NCBI RefSeq assembly: GCF_000143415.4
Contig: NW_003314261.1
Coordinates: forward strand, 434,001-498,000
DNA from: Selaginella moellendorffii
Taxonomy: Eukaryota > Plantae > Lycopodiophyta
Reading direction: 5' to 3'
Length of the DNA: 64,000 bases
This document shows positions 1 through 9,431 of this stretch, one piece after another. Each line of letters opens with the position of its first letter. Position 1 is the stretch's first letter. The notes under the pieces are model-generated. The model was not told the origin of the DNA. It made no database searches and saw only the letters and a program-made list of their open reading frames with translations. The translations under genes and the position numbers were made by a program.

Positions 1-462
1 ATCTCGGTCTCGGTCTTGGTCTCGGTCTTAGTCTCGGTCTCGGTCTTGGTCTCGGTCTCGGTCTCGGACTCCATCTCGGGTCCTTCTCGGACTCCATCTC
101 GGATTCCATCCCGGGTCCATCTTGGACTCCATCTTGGACTCCGTCTCGGTCCATCTCGGACTCCATCTCGGACTCCGTCACGGTCCACCTCGGACTCCGT
201 CTCGGACTCCATCTCGGACTTCGTCTCGGACTCCATCTCGGACTCCGTCTTGGACTCCGTCTCAGACTCCGTCTTGGACTCCGTCTCGGACTCCGTCTTG
301 GACTCCGTCTCGGACTCCGTCTTGGACTCCGTCTCAGTCCACCTCGGACTCCATCTCGGACTCTGTCTTGGTCCACCTCGGACTCCATCTTGGACTCCAT
401 CTTGGACTCCGTCTCGGTCCACCTCGGACTCCATCTCAGACTCCACTTCGGGTCCATCTCGG
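1..462. repeat. LTR-borne VNTR, 6/12-bp units (GGTCTC / GGACTCCATCTC)
   Basis: Directly visible tandem units; the same array recurs in every copy of this LTR. Confidence 0.9.
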
Positions 463-729
463 ACACTTCCACGTGTCATGTGTTGGTCCTTTTGGGTCCC
501 TTTTTGGAGCCTCGCTTATTGCTCGCTTCATGCTCGTTCCTTGAGCACTTCGTTGGGAGTTCCACTCCCGCTCTCAACCTCTCAAGTTGGAGCCTTTTAG
601 TCCAAATTGTAAGCAACCAAAGGGAACGACTCGAGAGACGATCCATAGGGGTTCAAATATAGAGGGAAAGGGCCCATGAATAAGAGTGCACCCCCTTTCC
701 AAACAGTTAAGGGTCTTGGGATATTTGGG

Positions 730-784
730 GTTAAGCGTCCTTGGGTTTGAATAGTACTGGGTTGGGTGACCTCCCGGGAAGTCC
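730..784 (+). promoter_or_regulatory. 5S-rRNA-derived Pol III internal promoter (box A / IE / box C) in Cassandra LTR; also in LTR2, LTR3 and the copies at 36471 and 49594
   Basis: GTTAAGCGTCCTTGGGTTTGAATAGTACTGGGTTGGGTGACCTCCCGGGAAGTCC aligns with plant 5S GTTAAGCGTGCTTGGGCGAGAGTAGTACTAGGATGGGTGACCTCCTGGGAAGTCC. Confidence 0.88.
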
Positions 785-920
785 AAACTCAGGAGCTTAC
801 ATTTGGTATCAGAGAGGTCTCGGGTCCGACTCTGTTGGTTGGCTAGGGGAATCGCACCACATGTTGATTGACATCTGGCTGGTCCAGTTTGCTCCCGCTG
901 GGCTCGACCCGAGGGGTAGG

Positions 921-2195
921 TGTGAGACACAAAATCCCTAGGCCCCAAAATGGAGCCGGAAGGGCGCCACGTGGTAGTGGCCGAAGCGAGAGCCAAACAA
1001 GCGTCGAAATGGAGTCCGAGATGGACCCGAGATGGAGTCCGAGATGGAGTCCGAGATGGACCCGAGATGGAGTCCGAGATGGAACCGGGACTGAGATCAA
1101 GTCCGAGACCGAATCCGAAGTCGGATCCGAAATCGGATCCGAGATCGAGCCAGAGACTAAGTCCAAATACTAATACGGGTCAAGGGGTGAAAGCCCAAAG
1201 CGTGCGTCTCCCAGGGGGGGTTCCAAAAGTATAGTAGGGAGAGTGTGGGGGTTGGAGCCCAGTGGAGCCAGTTTGGCCAGGAAGGGCCAGTTTGGCCCAG
1301 GAAAGGCCAGTTGGGCCCAGGAAGGCCAGACCCAGTGTTGGGTGATGAGCTGACCACTGGGAAGTCCAAGACTAGAGTGAATACGGACCGACAAGCGGGG
1401 TAGCTTGGTGAAGTGTTCAAGAGCCGGCTCTAGTTCCCCCGGGAGATCGACTGGCCGATGCTCCCAGTCCAAGTGTGGGTGGCACTACCTACTTGGATAC
1501 CAGGCGTGGCTCAACGGAACCTCGCTCTAAGCCCATGGCTAGAGCACCTAAGGGCAGAAGGCGAGGAGAGTACCCAGGTGGCTCGCGTAAGGCCACGGTG
1601 TTCCGAAATGTTGTCCCAAAGGCCCAGACTGTGGAAAGGAGGAGGAGCAGTCCTCTGGGGTAATGACCAAGGACACAGTCGTGTGGTGAGGAAGTCCCAG
1701 AGGACCGTGGGACTTAGTGGTCGGGCCTGTGGGTCTCGATCCAGTGGCAGTGTTGGCAAACACAGCCAGGGGCAGAAAGGGACTTAGTGGGGACTGACAG
1801 AGGGATATTGGGGAAGGCTATTCCCCTTGTCGGTGGGCATCCTAGGGATGCTAAGGAGTGGATCTGAGATGACCACTCACGGATGGTTTGCCTAGTCTTG
1901 GAGAGCCAAGACGGTGATGCAAGTGGTATTGGACTACCAGTGTGGCAAAGGTGATTGGGCATGGCCTTAGCGTAACGGGCTGCTATGTCGGGTGTACCTT
2001 TGAGTGTCGGTCATGGGATTGGACACGTGGAGCACTTGGACAAAGTGCAAATGTTGAGTGGCATGGATGCCATTCTCGGGGCTAGCAAGTCCCAAGTCCT
2101 GGATTGGACTTATGGAGGTTGTGAATGAGACTCCTCCAAGTGGTCAGAGGTGTGGTTAAGTGACTAAAGTAGAATGGAAAATTTAGTTGCTTACA
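921..2195 (+). mobile_element. Solo LTR of the LARD-like family inserted in the Cassandra internal domain
   Basis: TGTGAG...TTACA termini; 5-bp TSD GTAGG at 916-920 and 2196-2200. Removing it restores the intact Cassandra internal domain seen at 2482-2686. Confidence 0.92.
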
Positions 2196-3058
2196 GTAGG
2201 GTGTCAAGAGAGCGAGGCTCTCAGGAGAGTTGTGGCTCTCAGCTTCCGTTCACGAGGGCGTGAACTTGCAGGGAAGCGTGGTGGATTGTAAGCAACCAAA
2301 GGGAACGACTCGAGAGACGATCCATAGGGGTTCAAATATAGAGGGAAAGGGCCCATGAATAAGAGTGCACCCCCTTTTCCAAACGGTTAAGGGTCTTGGG
2401 ATATTTGGGGTTAAGCGTCCTTGGGTTTGAATAGTACTGGGTTGGGTGACCTCCCGGGAAGTCCAAACTCAGGAGCTTACATTTGGTATCAGAGAGGTCT
2501 CGGGTCCGACTCTGTTGGTTGGCTAGGGGAATCGCACCACATGTTGATTGACATCTGGCTGGTCCAGTTTGCTCCCGCTGGGCTCGACCCGAGGGGTAGG
2601 GTGTCAAGAGAGCGAGGCTCTCAGGAGAGTTGTGGCTCTCAGCTTCCGTTCACGAGGGCGTGAACTTGCAGGGAAGCGTGGTGGATTGTAAGCAACCAAA
2701 GGGAACGACTCGAGAGACGATCCATAGGGGTTCAAATATAGAGGGAAAGGGCCCATGAATAAGAGTGCACCCCCTTTTCCAATCGGTTAAGGGTCTTGGG
2801 ATAGTTGGAGTTAAGCGTCCTTGGGTTTGAATAGTACTGGGCTGGGTGACCTCCCGGGAAGTCCAAACTCAGGAGCTTACATTGCTCGCTTCATGCTCGT
2901 TCCTTGAGCACTTCGTTGGGAGTTCCACTCCCGCTCTCAACCTCTCAAGTTGGAGCCTTTTAGTCCAAATGTGTTACGCTCGTTTGGCTTTTGCTTCGGC
3001 CACTACCATATGGCACCCTTTCGGCTCCACTTTGGGGCTTAGGGATTTGTGTCTCACA

Positions 3059-4470
3059 TCCATGTGTCCGATCCCATGACTGACACCCCAAGGTACCATC
3101 AACCTATCAGCTTGTTACACTATGGCCATGCCCCTTCACCTTGGTTACACAGGTGGTCTAACACCATCTGCATCATAGTCCCGTCTCTTAAAGACTGAGC
3201 CATCCGTTCACGAGAGATCATCTCAGATCCACCCCTTTGCATCCTTAGGATACTACAGGCATGGGGAATGACCTTCCTTAATATCCCTTTTTCAGTCCCT
3301 ACCAAATCTTTTTTTATTCATGGCCGTGTTCGCCAACATTGCGATTAGATCAAGGCCCATAGACCCGACCATTAAGTCCTATGGTCCTCTGGGACTTCCC
3401 CCCCACATAACCGTATCCTTGGTCACTACACCAGAAAACTACTCTTCTTCCTTTTCATAGTCTACGACTTTGGGATGACATTTTGGAACACATGGCCCTA
3501 CGCAAGCCTCGTGGGTATTCTCTCTGCCTTCTGCCTTTGGGTGCTTTAGCCATGGGCTTAGAGCGAGGTTCTGTTGAGCCACGCCAAGTATTTAAGTAGG
3601 TAATGCTACCCACGCTTGGACTAGGAGCATCGACCATTTGATCTTCCGGGGGAACTAAAGCCGGCTTTTGAACACTTTATCAAGCTACCCCACTTATCGG
3701 TCTGTATTCATTCTAGCTTTGGACTTCCTAGTGGTTATCTGTCACCCAACACCTGGGTACAGCCTTCCTGAGCCAAACTGGCTCCATTGGGGTCCAACCC
3801 CCACACTCCCCCTTGAGGGACAATCGCTTTAGGCTTTCACCCAACAACTTGTATTAGTATTCAGACTCGGACTCGGACTCAGACTTGGTCTCGGTCTCGG
3901 TCTCGGTCTTGGTTCCATCTTGGACTCCATCTCGGACTCCATCTCGGACTCCATCTAGGGTCCATCTTGGACTCTATCTATGGTCCATCTCAAACTCCAT
4001 TTTGAGTCCATCTCGGACTCCATCTTGGACTCTATCTCGGGTCCATCTCGGATCCATCTTGGACTCCATCTTGAACTCCATCTTAGACTCCATCTTGGAC
4101 TCCATCTCGGGTCCATCTTAGACTCCATCTCGGGCTCCATCTCGGGTCCATCTCAGACTCCATCTCAAACTCCATCTCGGGTTCATCTCGGACTCCATCT
4201 TAAACTCCATCTCGGGTCCATCTCGGACTCCATTTTGGGTCCATATCGGATTCCATTTTGGGTCCTCTTATGTCCCTTGTCTAGAGACTCACTTACTGCT
4301 TGCTTTGTGCTCATTTCTCGAGCACTTCGTTGGGAGTTCCACTCCCACTCTTGATTTTTCAAGTCGGAACTTTTGGTCTAAACATGTTAACTTGTTTGGC
4401 TTTCATTTCGGCCATTACCATGTGGCACCTTTTCGGCTTCACTTTGGGGCTTTGGGATTTGTGTCTCATA
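3059..4470 (-). mobile_element. Older, more diverged partial LTR of the LARD-like family (reverse)
   Basis: Reverse-complement similarity to 921-2030, VNTR at ~3865-4260, ends gtgtctcata. Confidence 0.75.
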
Positions 4471-4649
4471 AATATATGGTTATGAGTTTAAATCTCCTGT
4501 GAGTTTGAGTTTGGCTTTGGTTTAGGTGTATCATATTTGTGATTTCCTGGAGGATATACAAATCAAGCTTAAGTTGGTAAAGTTGAATCTGAGCCAAACT
4601 CAAGATTGAGACAAAAGATTGGTTAATGAGTATCATCGTCATTAGGAAT

Positions 4650-5098
4650 ATAAAGTTGGTGACAAAGTTTTTTTTAAGTTGTCAGATGCATAATAGTTTT
4701 TAAAAGGAGGTGGTAATGCTAAGTTGTCTCCACAGTATTATAGGTCTTAGACAATTTTACAATATATAAGGGATTTTGCTTACACTTTGGATTTATTAGC
4801 TAGTTTAAAGATTTATCCAACATTCTATATGAGCAATCTTAAAGCATGTTTACACTCTAGTAATATCATGGATTAATTCATCATCTAGGTACTAAAGATT
4901 GATGTTGAGAAAGCTAATCCGGCCAATATTTTTGCTTAAAGATTAGTGAACTCATGCCAGAAGATAACTAGGGAATTATTAGTTCAGTGGAATGGTTATT
5001 CCATGGACAAAGTTACATGGGAAATTAAGGATGATGTGTAGAGAGGGTTTTTGAGTTTTAATTATGACTTAGATAACATTCTTGAGGAAGAGAAGAAT
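4650..5098 (+). pseudogene. Degenerate chromovirus (Ty3/gypsy) integrase C-terminus with chromodomain and PPT
   Basis: Fragments translate to KLSPQYY, AYTLDLLASLKIYPTFYMSNLK and ELLVQWNGYSMDKVTWE, followed by the purine tract GAGGAAGAGAAGAA; interrupted by stops. Confidence 0.65.
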
Positions 5099-5805
5099 TG
5101 AGTTTTATAGCTATATTATTATATGATTTAAGTTATTTATTTTATTCTCACTTTCTTGTTTCCATAACTGTATTGTCATGTGAGAAAGCTGTATTAAATT
5201 GCCACAAACTTCAGCATCAACAGCAACCAATCAAAGTGGAAATCTTCACCCAGACACTGCTATGCTCATTCAGGCTGCCCAAGAAACATTGGCAGTCAAA
5301 CAAAGATTCCAGCTGCCACACTTCCCAAGAGCAAGTGGTGGGATAATGACTGCTAGGAAGCTAGGCTTAAATAACAACAGGCTATGAACCAACATCATCC
5401 ACATGCTGAAAGATTCCACAAGACTTTTTGGTGTTTATGCAAGCGTAAAAAACGGACATTTGTACCTAGCACGCTTAATGAGACCACATTCACGACCTAC
5501 ATGCTCATGCTCACGTGATTTTCTGCAAACGCAAGAAAGTCACACTTCTCAATGATATTTAATGAAACTATGTCTCGCAGATCGATGATATCTGATCCAG
5601 CGGCTACCTTGTCACAAAGCACCTGAGAAAAATGGCATCACAGCAGAGGTCCTGCAAGCAGCGAGTCCTTGCGAGAAGATCTGTTTCCGACAAGGAAACC
5701 GAGGATCTGTGGATCGCAAACCGAACATCTTCTGGTAGCATAAATCCAAACCGTTAGATTCTTATCAATGGACGGCTGGATCTGGAGCCCTAATTGATAC
5801 CGGCA

Positions 5806-7092
5806 ATGTCCAGTGGCGAGGTCAGTGGTTTGGATTGGGATGCGCGTGCTGCAAAGGTCGAGGGCCTGCAAGCTGTGGTGCTGGAAGATGGCGACGGAAG
5901 CTTCTTCAATCGCCAGGTGGAGCTGAGGGCATTGCAGGCACGCCTGGCTACTCGTCCGGTGGCTGTGACCATGGTTATTGGGCCAAATGATTGTGGGAAA
6001 ACTAAGCTGCTCAAGCGGCTGAAGGAGATTTGGCTTTCGGACGAGGAGTTGGCGGCCACTTCTCCAGTGTTCTACTTTGACATGAGGACGGACGCGTGGG
6101 GCAGTCCTCAGGATGCAGCGGACCAAGTGCGGAAAATGTTTTGGCGATGGACAGATGTGTTGATGAGTTGGGCGAAAAGGGTGGAGCAGGGATTGAGTGC
6201 CGTCACCCTCAAGAGAGCCGGCAGGAGTCTCGGTGTGGACATAGCGCTGAAAGATGTCTTAGAGCTTCTTCCGCTTGGTAACGAGGCTAAGGCAAGCGAT
6301 CTGGCCAAGGTGATGCACGCCTTCTCTGCACTAATCGGCCGAACTAAAATGACGTATCCAATCTTCATCTTCGACCAGGTTGATAAGCTGAAGAAGTGGG
6401 AAAAGGAAGATCTTGAGACCTTCTTTGGCTTCTTCAGGGCTCTGGTGAAGCAGGATAACAGGGCGTATCTTATACTCAGTAGCTCGGACGACTTCTTCAG
6501 GGTATGGCTCCGGGACATGTTCAATCCTGGACACTGGGAGCCGTTTGGTGTGGGATACTTTCCAGAATCTGATGCACGTACGTTCTTTGATGGTCACTCT
6601 ATTCCGGCTGCTGGCAGGACACTCCCTCCAGCGTTTGGAGACTCTGATTGGAAGGACATCTACGAGGTATGTGGTGGGTCTCCTCTGCTCCTTAATCTGT
6701 GTGCTCGCGCTGCTGCTCACAACCCCATCAGCTGGAAGGTAGCAGCTCATTCTGTTATGTGCAATAGCCTTGGAACGATCCAAATGGGCCTTGCAGCTAC
6801 ACCTGCGATGGGCTTCTCTCCCGAGAAGTATGAGTCAATTTGCAAGAAGATAGTGCAACATGAGTTTATAGGTGCGAAAGCTGTCCTAGCGGAAATCTAT
6901 AGCGGCAACAGGGTACAATGGAAACAGGAGATGTTGGCGATGTCGGCAGGTAACTTTATTCATGTGCGATATGTCACCGGAATGACGTCGTACTCGGATG
7001 TGAGGCTTTCCGATGTTGGGAACGAGGTTGACCTAGTCATGGCGCGCTCTCCTGCTGATCGAGCAGCTATGAAGGACGAGTTACGACTCTGA
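5806..7092 (+). CDS. Intronless P-loop ATPase of archaeal-ATPase/STAND type (ATPase_2-like)
   Basis: ATG at 5806, ~428 aa. N-terminal FFNRQVEL motif, Walker A GPNDCGKT, Walker B IFIFDQ, sensor-like LILSSSD, and STAND-type GxP motif (CGGSPLLL). Confidence 0.75.
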   Translation: MSSGEVSGLDWDARAAKVEGLQAVVLEDGDGSFFNRQVELRALQARLATRPVAVTMVIGPNDCGKTKLLKRLKEIWLSDEELAATSPVFYFDMRTDAWGSPQDAADQVRKMFWRWTDVLMSWAKRVEQGLSAVTLKRAGRSLGVDIALKDVLELLPLGNEAKASDLAKVMHAFSALIGRTKMTYPIFIFDQVDKLKKWEKEDLETFFGFFRALVKQDNRAYLILSSSDDFFRVWLRDMFNPGHWEPFGVGYFPESDARTFFDGHSIPAAGRTLPPAFGDSDWKDIYEVCGGSPLLLNLCARAAAHNPISWKVAAHSVMCNSLGTIQMGLAATPAMGFSPEKYESICKKIVQHEFIGAKAVLAEIYSGNRVQWKQEMLAMSAGNFIHVRYVTGMTSYSDVRLSDVGNEVDLVMARSPADRAAMKDELRL

Positions 7093-8347
7093 GTTGGACA
7101 CATAAAATTATTGAAATAAACAAAATTCAGGGATGATTTAAATTTAAACCAATGTAATTGGTCTTTGGGCTAATTAAGTATGTACATTTTTGTATATCTT
7201 TATATATGGGCCTTGCAGCTCACAATTTTGATTATCTTTCAATGTGATTAGCTTCTAGATTAGGGATCTAAACTCTCTCTCTCTCTCTCAAGTTGAATAT
7301 ATAAAAGTTTTACTATATGAATCATTATTTATTTATAGAAAATCATTACACTGTAAAACAAGAAAATAAGATCCTAGTATAAATATGGGCTAGTGAATTT
7401 AATTTTTGGTTTGCTTTACTACTTAGGGCTAATATATAGTATATAGTATAAATTGGTAAATCATGTAGATATATCTGATTTTCGCACTAAGTTCACCACT
7501 CTCTATAGCCATGTCATAGTTTAAAAATAGTAAATCTATTTAGAATATACCTGGATATTTTGGTATATTCTACTATCTAAGGGTTTAAATATATTTATAT
7601 TAATCCTCTGTTTATAAATATATACATGCTTATAATTTATTAACCTGCTTAAACAACATCCAATAGGTTAGTAAACTTTTATTTGAGTCCTTGAAAGCTT
7701 GGAGCTGAAAATTGAAAATTCCCCAAATTCTCGTAACTTGTATCAGTAGCTAAGATAATCTATTTATATCTTATCACTTAGAGTAGTTTGTAATTAAATT
7801 ACAAAATGAAATAGCAAATTTTTAGATATTTTTATCTTTTCTATTTTAAGTAGTGATATTTCACTGTAAAATAAATATAAAATTATGTGCAAACACAAGA
7901 AAAGAAACATTGGAATTGATTACCAACTACTCTGTTGCTTAGTTGATCTGACTTGGAAGTTGCATTGCCAAGTGCTTCCAACCTGGAAATTTCCTATCAG
8001 AGAAAAAAATGTTGAGCAACAAATTTTAGAACTCAAGAAAGGAGAAGCGAAGAAGTCTTCAACGCCAGAATGCCGTCAAAAGAAGCCAGCGGAAACTAAA
8101 GCATATTGCCTAAACTCCAGGAAAAAATATCCGCAAGATCGTCTTCTGGAATCTCCAGCAGCGCATGCCCAGGATGGAGCACCCATTCCTCTGCAAGTTC
8201 GGACAAGAAATTGAGAGTATGGATAGTGAAAACATGGGGAATGTCCCATGGTTTTCTCACAAACTTGTCATGATTTTCTCTTTTAGTGTTGAATGCCTTC
8301 CCGAACTAAGAACAAGAACAAGATTTCAAAACCATGGCATGATTATT

Positions 8348-9007
8348 CTAGGAATTAAAATAAGATCGCTGTACGTAAGGTTTGAAGACGTCGTTGAGCA
8401 CAGTCTTTGAAAGCAGTGACGCCTTGAGCAGGGAGAACAAAAAGAAGAAACTGAGAATTTACCTCGTTAACGCCCACGCTGACCTCAATACTCTCGAGGT
8501 CGGCCATAGTTTTCACCTTGAGCGTGTTGAGCAGGACGATGCTCTTGATCGTGGAAGTCGGGTAGACTTCGAGCTCGACGGTGATCATGAAGATCACATT
8601 GTCCTTGACGTAGCCAGTAGTTTGAGGGGATTTTCCTATCTTCAGCACTTGATGAGAATAATCAGGATGGCATGAGAAGTGTGTACTGCCAGCGCTGAAA
8701 TTGCAGCAGTTTTGACGCCCACACTTGTAGACCGGAGCAGTGGAATCCGGCCCTTCTAAGGTAAGAATCTTTCCTCCCCGAAACGCGGAAGCATCCGTCA
8801 CCAGATCGGTGAGAACGGTCTTGCTAACTTCCATGCTCGACTGATCCATCTTCTCGAAGGAGCCTGATCACAGACCCCACCGGAAGCACGAGAAAGCTCA
8901 TGAGGAGATCAACGAAGTCTTTCTTTGCCTCGAGGAAGGGAACAGTGCGATCGGACTTCTTGTAGAGGAGATTGACTTTCACCTCCGCGGCAGGAGAGGA
9001 AGACGTA
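8348..9007 (-). pseudogene. DUF674-family pseudogene
   Basis: VKVNLLYKKSDRTVPFLEAKKDFVDLLMSFLVLPVGSVIRLL, GYVKDNVIFMITVELEV and LLKASLLSKTVLNDVF are DUF674-like. There is a frameshift near 8855, ACG where ATG is expected, and no clear acceptor for the last intron. Confidence 0.7.
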
Positions 9008-9057
9008 GAGCGCGACGTGAAAGCAAACGAACGAGATAACAAAGCAAATGCGACGAC

Positions 9058-9110
9058 AAGTTCTAAAGTTCTAAAGTTCTAAAGTTTTAAAGTTCTAAAG
9101 TTCTAAAGTT
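9058..9110. repeat. 8-bp tandem repeat (AAGTTCTA)x~6.5
   Basis: Directly visible. Confidence 0.9.
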
Positions 9111-9266
9111 CCCTGCTCCGAAGAGCTCGCGAAGTCATGAATCGGACCTGTTAAATCACTGTCGAATCTCGTGCACCAGGAACGATAAAAAAAAGGATGG
9201 TCGTTCGCGCCGATATTTGGAAAACTTAATTCTTGAAACTTTGGGGTTGACATGCCTGCCGGGACT

Positions 9267-9339
9267 TGGAGATGCCGGGTATCGATCCCGGTGCCTCTCG
9301 CATGCTAAGCGAGCGCTCTACCATCTGAGCTACATCCCC
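9267..9339 (-). tRNA. tRNA-Ala (AGC)
   Basis: Reverse complement GGGGATGTAGCTCAGATGGTAGAGCGCTCGCTTAGCATGCGAGAGGCACCGGGATCGATACCCGGCATCTCCA: 73 nt cloverleaf, anticodon AGC. Confidence 0.95.
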
Positions 9340-9431
9340 TTAGCACAAAGATAAATTTTGCAAAGCTATTCTCAAGGCATGGATGATTGATTTCCCTGAG
9401 AACGAAGTTGAGAATAGAAGCCACTTACAAG

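Larger units (their letters stand above)
608..2881 (+). mobile_element. Cassandra-type TRIM tandem array (LTR-int-LTR-int-LTR) with 5S-rRNA-derived LTRs
   Basis: Three ~195-bp LTRs (608-801, 2287-2481, 2687-2881) bounded by TGTAAGC...GCTTACA. PBS TGGTATCAGAG (tRNA-iMet) follows LTR1 and LTR2. The internal domain is ~205 bp, non-coding, and ends in purine-rich GGGAAGCGTGGTGGA. Each LTR contains a segment matching the 5S internal control region. Confidence 0.92.
1..3058 (-). mobile_element. LTR of the large non-coding (LARD-like) retroelement family, reverse orientation, truncated by the window start; hosts the Cassandra array
   Basis: Ends in ...gtgtctcaca (reverse complement of the LTR start TGTGAGACAC seen at 921, 42008 and 48894). 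Carries the GGACTCCATCTC tandem array and is colinear with the other LTR copies. Confidence 0.8.

Noticed and set aside
1-600. Long S/D/P/R-rich ORFs, also at 42.1-42.9, 48.9-49.6 and 56.1-56.7 kb
   Set aside because: Artefacts of stop-free 6/12-bp tandem repeats inside LTRs.
730-784. 5S rRNA gene
   Set aside because: Only the ~55-nt internal control region matches; the 5' and 3' ends of 5S are absent and it sits in a TG...CA LTR.
7093-7900. AT-rich spacer as MITE/Helitron
   Set aside because: No terminal inverted repeats, TSD or Helitron termini could be identified.
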